DNA of 64,000 nucleotides from an uncultured Bacilli bacterium (GTDB lineage Bacteria; Bacillota_I; Bacilli_A; RF39; UBA660): NCBI GenBank assembly GCA_944350345.1, contig CALVOP010000002.1, positions 68,134 to 132,133 of the forward strand, read 5' to 3'. Shown piece by piece: positions 59,397 to 64,000 of this stretch (position 1 is its first letter; each line of letters starts with the position of its first letter). The notes under the pieces were generated by a model. It saw only the letters and a program-made list of their open reading frames with translations, ran no database searches and was not told where the DNA came from. The position numbers and the translations under genes were made by a program.

Positions 59397-61747
59397 TGAA
59401 AATAAGCACAAACTGGATTAACGACTATGTAAAAATTGATGACGTAGATAAAAAAGAATTAGCTGACAAAATTACAAATGCAGGTGTAAACGTACAAGAA
59501 GTAATTGGTGAAATCAATTTTGATAAAATAGTTGTTGGTGAAGTTATAAATGCAAAACCACACGAAAACAGTGATCATTTAAAAGTATGTGAAGTAAATA
59601 TAGGACCGAAAACTGAACAAATAGTTTGCGGAGCGCCCAATGCCAGAAGTGGAATAAAAGTTGTAGTTAGTTTACCAGGAGCAAAATTACCAAACGGTAT
59701 GGAAATAAAACAAAGTGTTATCAGAGGCGTAAGTAGTAACGGAATGCTTTGTTCACTAGAAGAATTAGGTTTAGAGGAAAAAAGCGAAGGGATACATGAA
59801 TTACCTAATGATGCAATAGTTGGAAATAGTCCTAAAGAATATTTAAATTTAGACTCAATATATTTATTAGATTTAAACCCAAATAGAAAAAACGATTGCC
59901 TAAACCATATAGGATTTGCTTATGAAGTTGGAGCAGTTTTAAATAGAGAAGTAAAATTACCAGAGTTAGATTATATTGAAAGTGATTTTGAAACAAACAT
60001 TGATTTAAAAGTTGAAACCGAAAACGTTTTATTATACTATGCAAAGTTAGTCAAAAATGTAGAAATAAAAGAAAGTCCAGAATTTATTAAACAAAGACTT
60101 ACTAACGCAGGAATGAGACCAATAAACAATGTAGTAGATATATCTAACTACATAATGTTAGAATTTGGACAACCACTTCACTTCTTTGACGCAGATAAAG
60201 TAGGTAGCACATTACTAGTTAGAATGGCAAAAGACGGGGAAGTAATAACAACACTAGATAAGCAAGAAAGAAAACTAAATAGTGAAGACATCGTAATAAC
60301 AGACGGCGACAAACCAATTTGTATAGCTGGAGTAATGGGTGGACTTAATTCAGACGTAGACGAAAACACAAAAAACATCTTAATTGAAAGTGCAATCTTT
60401 GACAAACTAAAAGTTAGAAGAACCAGCATCAAATTAGATTTAAGAAGCGAAGCAAGTTTAAGATATGAAGTTGGAATAAATCCAGAATATACGTTATTAG
60501 CTTTAAAACGTGCATGTCACTTATTAGAAAAATATGCAAATGCTAAGATAAGCAAAAATGAAAAAACAATAAGTAAAATAGAAACAACCAAAAACGTAAT
60601 AGAAGTAACATTAGAAGATATTAATAAAGTCATTGGAGTAAAAATAGAAGATGAAGATGTAATTGACATACTTAATAGATTAAAATTTGAATATACAGCA
60701 AAGGATAAAACATACTATGTTACAGCACCATCTAGAAGACTAGACATAAGCATCAAAGAAGACATAATTGAAGAAGTCGGAAGATTATTTGGATACGACA
60801 AAATAGTAGCAAAACTTCCAACGCTTAAATTAACTACTGGAGGGTATGTGCCTAGAATAAAATATAGAAAAGATGTAAGTGCTCTAATGAAAAGCTTAGG
60901 ATTTAATGAAACAAGAACTTATACACTAATAAGCAAAAAAAATAGTGAACTGTATAATTACGAAAACAAAGAAAACATAGTACTATTAAAACCAATTAGC
61001 AATGATAGAACACATGTAAGAACAAATTTAGTTAGTAGTTTAATTGATGTATTAAACTACAACGAATCAAGGCACAATGATGACTTACTTATATATGAAA
61101 TAAGTAATGTTTACTACAAAGAAATGGATGAATTTAAAGAAGACATGAAATTATGTGCCTTAGCAAAAGGAAACATATTAAAAAGTGATTTTACACAAAC
61201 ACCAAAAGTAGATTTTTATTACTTAAAAGGAATAATCATTACATTACTAGAATACTTAGGATATAAAAATAGAATAAAATTCATTAGAAATGAAAATACA
61301 CCATTCACGCACAAAGGTATAACAGCTGATATACTTGTAGATAATAAAAAAGTAGGATTTATTGGAAAATTACATCCAAGTTTAAAACATTCTGAGACGT
61401 ATATATTTGAAATATCTTTAGATGAATTAAGCAAGAGCAGAGGAGCAAAAATTAAATACACTGCGCCTAGCAAATATCCAAGTATAAAAAAAGATATGAG
61501 TTTTAACTTCAGTAAAGACATAGTAGCAGGAGAAGTAATAAACGATATATATAAAATGAGTAGCAAAATACTTAAAAATGTAATTGTATTTGACGTGTAT
61601 GACAGCACAGAATTCAGAAGTTTAGCTTTCAGTTTAACATATCAATCAGAAGAAAGAACATTAAGTGATGAAGAAGTGATGAAAGACTTTGAAAATTTAA
61701 TAAGTAAAATATCAGAAAAATATAATGCAAAATTGAGAAACGAGTAG
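59396..61747 (+). CDS. pheT: phenylalanine--tRNA ligase beta subunit
   Basis: 783 aa with an N-terminal tRNA-binding domain and B3/4 and B5 domains. Its start overlaps the pheS stop (TAATG). Confidence 0.9.
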   Translation: MKISTNWINDYVKIDDVDKKELADKITNAGVNVQEVIGEINFDKIVVGEVINAKPHENSDHLKVCEVNIGPKTEQIVCGAPNARSGIKVVVSLPGAKLPNGMEIKQSVIRGVSSNGMLCSLEELGLEEKSEGIHELPNDAIVGNSPKEYLNLDSIYLLDLNPNRKNDCLNHIGFAYEVGAVLNREVKLPELDYIESDFETNIDLKVETENVLLYYAKLVKNVEIKESPEFIKQRLTNAGMRPINNVVDISNYIMLEFGQPLHFFDADKVGSTLLVRMAKDGEVITTLDKQERKLNSEDIVITDGDKPICIAGVMGGLNSDVDENTKNILIESAIFDKLKVRRTSIKLDLRSEASLRYEVGINPEYTLLALKRACHLLEKYANAKISKNEKTISKIETTKNVIEVTLEDINKVIGVKIEDEDVIDILNRLKFEYTAKDKTYYVTAPSRRLDISIKEDIIEEVGRLFGYDKIVAKLPTLKLTTGGYVPRIKYRKDVSALMKSLGFNETRTYTLISKKNSELYNYENKENIVLLKPISNDRTHVRTNLVSSLIDVLNYNESRHNDDLLIYEISNVYYKEMDEFKEDMKLCALAKGNILKSDFTQTPKVDFYYLKGIIITLLEYLGYKNRIKFIRNENTPFTHKGITADILVDNKKVGFIGKLHPSLKHSETYIFEISLDELSKSRGAKIKYTAPSKYPSIKKDMSFNFSKDIVAGEVINDIYKMSSKILKNVIVFDVYDSTEFRSLAFSLTYQSEERTLSDEEVMKDFENLISKISEKYNAKLRNE

Positions 61748-61772
61748 TATAATTATTTTAGGAGGAATGAAA

Positions 61773-62324
61773 ATGTATTGGATTATTGGTATTATTGTTG
61801 TCATTGTATTAATAGTGCTATATATAGTGGCAACATACAATGGATTAGTTGGAATGAGAAACAGGGTAAAAGATCAATGGGCACAGATAGACGTACAATT
61901 AAAAAGAAGATTTGATTTAATACCCAATTTAGTAGAAACTGTAAAAGGATATGCTAGTCATGAGCAAGAAACATTAAAAGGTGTAATTGAAGCAAGAAAC
62001 AAATTTAACGTAGCAAAAACACCTGAAGAAGAGATGGCTGCAAATGATCAATTATCTAATTTTGTTTCCAAACTTTTTGCCTTAAGTGAAGCATATCCAG
62101 ATTTAAAAGCTAATCAAAATTTTATGAGTTTACAATCAGATTTAAAAGACACAGAAGATAAAATTGCAAGTGCTAGACAATTCTATAATGATACAGTTTT
62201 AACACTTAATAATAAAATTGAAATGTTTCCAAGTAATATTGTCGCTTCAATGTTTAAATTTACAAAAGAACCATTTTTTGAAGCAAATGATGAATCAAGA
62301 GAAGCAGTTAAAGTTAAATTTTAA
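61773..62324 (+). CDS. lemA: LemA family protein
   Basis: N-terminal TM, then the NGLVGMRNRVKDQWAQIDVQLKRRFDLIPNLVE LemA signature. Start moved to the ATG at 61773 because the track start is only 1 nt from the GGAGG. Confidence 0.75.
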   Translation: MYWIIGIIVVIVLIVLYIVATYNGLVGMRNRVKDQWAQIDVQLKRRFDLIPNLVETVKGYASHEQETLKGVIEARNKFNVAKTPEEEMAANDQLSNFVSKLFALSEAYPDLKANQNFMSLQSDLKDTEDKIASARQFYNDTVLTLNNKIEMFPSNIVASMFKFTKEPFFEANDESREAVKVKF

Positions 62325-62339
62325 ACAAATATAAATTGA

Positions 62340-62560
62340 AGAGTAAAGTGTCCGAAAGGATAAATCGACACATATAGTTACTTATTATATAATGTAGATG
62401 GTGAACTAATATTGTAAGTAATAAATTATGTGTCATTTTAATTGTAACAAAAATAAAATATAGATATTTTAACTTTTGCAGAAAGAATAATAAGAAGAAA
62501 AATTAATTGAATACAGTCCATAAGAGACAAATAATAGAAGATGGCTGCTGGCGGGGAGAT
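62340..62560 (+). mobile_element. second IS30-family left-end remnant (degenerate)
   Basis: aagtgtccgaaagg...gacacatatagtta...tgtgtcatttt...cagaaagaa parallels the left end of the IS30 remnant at 44040-44230, but has no intact ORF. Confidence 0.45.
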
Positions 62561-62867
62561 TTAATAGTAGGAAAAGGGAATGTTTTGTTGACTTTTACTA
62601 AGTGAATGATAGGAGAAAAAAACATAAAAATATATTTTTTACAGTGTTATTGAATTTTAACTAAATTTTTATGGATTTTTTCTTTTTTTATGTTAAAATT
62701 AATGTATAGATAATAGTTGATTGTATATGTTATGCAAAAATAGTTTTATATAGTATATGTAAGCTAACTGTGTAATTGTGCCATTAAGAGAAAGGTGGTG
62801 TATTCGAGATTGTTTTCTCGATAATAGTATGTTTTTTTTAGATTTTGTTTGTAATTCTTCAGGATTA

Positions 62868-63773
62868 ATGAAATTAGTTTATTTTATTAAGTTACTTTTA
62901 CAGATAATATGTATAGTTACTCCAATAATAATTATTGTTTCATCTATGATACATTTAGTTAGTCAGTTAATGAAAAGTGAAATAACTTCTGTAACATGGA
63001 GTGCTTTGGTGCAGAAGATTGTTTTGGGGGTAGCTGTTTTTTTAGTGTTACCATTAGTTAATTCAATTATGATATTGTTAGATCAAGATGATTTAGAAAA
63101 TACTTCGTGTTGGAAAAATGCAAATTTAGAAAATATTGCAAGTTTAGAGGCTGCTGAGAAAGACAAATTATTAGCTGAAATTGAGGCAGAAAAGAACAAA
63201 GAAGAGCAAGATAAATTTGAAGATCAAGTAAGTGACAATATAAATGGATCTACAAGTAATGGAAGCAGTAGCGGAAGCAGCGGAAGCAGTTCCTCTTTAT
63301 CTTATGGTTCACCTTGTACAGGTTACGTGTCATCTAGTTCATACAATCAAGCAACTGTTAATAATTTAAAAACTAAAGCTAGAAGGTATATAGGTACTCC
63401 TTATAAAAAAATGGACTGTTCTGATTTTGTTGGTAATGTTTATTCGGATTATTTAAAAAGTTCATTTGCTGCTGGTCAGGCTGATGAAACTAAAAATAAA
63501 TGTGTGGCACAAAATGATATTAGGCCTGGAGATGTATTTTTTACAAGTCGTTATGATAAGAGCGGAACTTGTAAAAATTGTGGGGATAGATGTAAAAGGT
63601 GGAAATGTATTTTGCATGTTGGTATAGTACTTTCAGTTAGAGACGGTGAAATTGTATCAATACTTCATTCTGCTTCAGAAGGTGTACATATTGAGTCTCA
63701 GCCTTCGTATAAATTTAGTCCAAATTCTAATGGAAATCCTTGGTATATTATGGTAACTAGACCGTACGCATAA
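62868..63773 (+). CDS. NlpC/P60 family peptidoglycan peptidase (copy 2, short Ser-Gly linker)
   Basis: Same architecture as copy 1. It carries catalytic-domain substitutions (e.g. AQNDIRPGDVFFTSRYDKSGTCKNCGD versus ARDDIRPGDVFFTSCYDTRGVCNHCGD). Confidence 0.7.
   Translation: MKLVYFIKLLLQIICIVTPIIIIVSSMIHLVSQLMKSEITSVTWSALVQKIVLGVAVFLVLPLVNSIMILLDQDDLENTSCWKNANLENIASLEAAEKDKLLAEIEAEKNKEEQDKFEDQVSDNINGSTSNGSSSGSSGSSSSLSYGSPCTGYVSSSSYNQATVNNLKTKARRYIGTPYKKMDCSDFVGNVYSDYLKSSFAAGQADETKNKCVAQNDIRPGDVFFTSRYDKSGTCKNCGDRCKRWKCILHVGIVLSVRDGEIVSILHSASEGVHIESQPSYKFSPNSNGNPWYIMVTRPYA
63260..63292 (+). repeat. short (ggaagcagy)n repeat, about 2 units (contracted allele of the copy 1 repeat)
   Basis: Direct comparison with 41193-41305. 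Confidence 0.7.
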
Positions 63774-63825
63774 ATTTGTAAAATTATAAGAAAGGAAATT
63801 AGTTTTTACTAATAATTTATATTAT

Positions 63826-64000
63826 ATGAAAAAATTTATAATTTTTGTAATATCCATCTTTTTGATTTCTGGTTGTCAAGCTGAATATACTTTGCTAATT
63901 AATGATGAGGAATATTCTGATAGTTTGTTTTTGTTTAATTCACAAAGTTATTTATTAGATAAACTTAAATATGAAGATAATTCTATGGACGTTGTTGTGG
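63826..64000 (+). CDS. lipoprotein (copy 2, truncated by window end)
   Basis: The first 58 codons differ from copy 1 at 41845 by one residue (I5F); same LISGC lipobox. Confidence 0.6.
   Translation, partial: MKKFIIFVISIFLISGCQAEYTLLINDEEYSDSLFLFNSQSYLLDKLKYEDNSMDVVV

Larger units (their letters stand above)
62636..64000 (+). repeat. segmental duplication copy 2 (leader + NlpC/P60 gene + start of lipoprotein gene), runs to window end
   Basis: Near-identical to 40568-41932. It differs in Ser-Gly repeat number (87 nt shorter) and has a diverged catalytic-domain segment. Confidence 0.8.

Overview
This is a low-GC (about 28-30%) Firmicutes chromosomal window with Bacillus-like housekeeping synteny, most likely from an endospore former. 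The main finding is a collagen-like surface (exosporium-type) gene split by a roughly 5.3-kb element that carries a large serine recombinase and two unknown cargo genes. Joining the two gene segments at a shared 7-bp core gives an in-frame collagen-like ORF, and the predicted attP has perfect 7-bp inverted arms. Annotated housekeeping genes are murC, recD2, an AI-2E transporter and alaS with its T-box, then the conserved yrzL-ruvX-yrzB-mltG-yrrM-U32-U32-greA block and rsmE-mtaB. Beyond those come polC, polA, tmcAL, rpmF, lon, a spoVID-like/ysxE-like pair, pheST behind a T-box, and lemA. Three tRNAs are present on the minus strand: Lys-CTT, Leu-TAG and Met-CAT. Accessory content includes two large modular surface-protein genes, each preceded by an IS remnant and each containing unusual GC-rich islands of about 130 bp. 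There are two degenerate IS elements (an rve-type DDE transposase and an IS30 type with an internal deletion), plus a second IS30 left-end remnant. There is also a segmental duplication of at least 1.4 kb carrying an NlpC/P60 peptidase gene and a lipoprotein gene. The two copies of this duplication differ in Ser-Gly repeat number and in their catalytic domains. No rRNA genes or CRISPR arrays were found.
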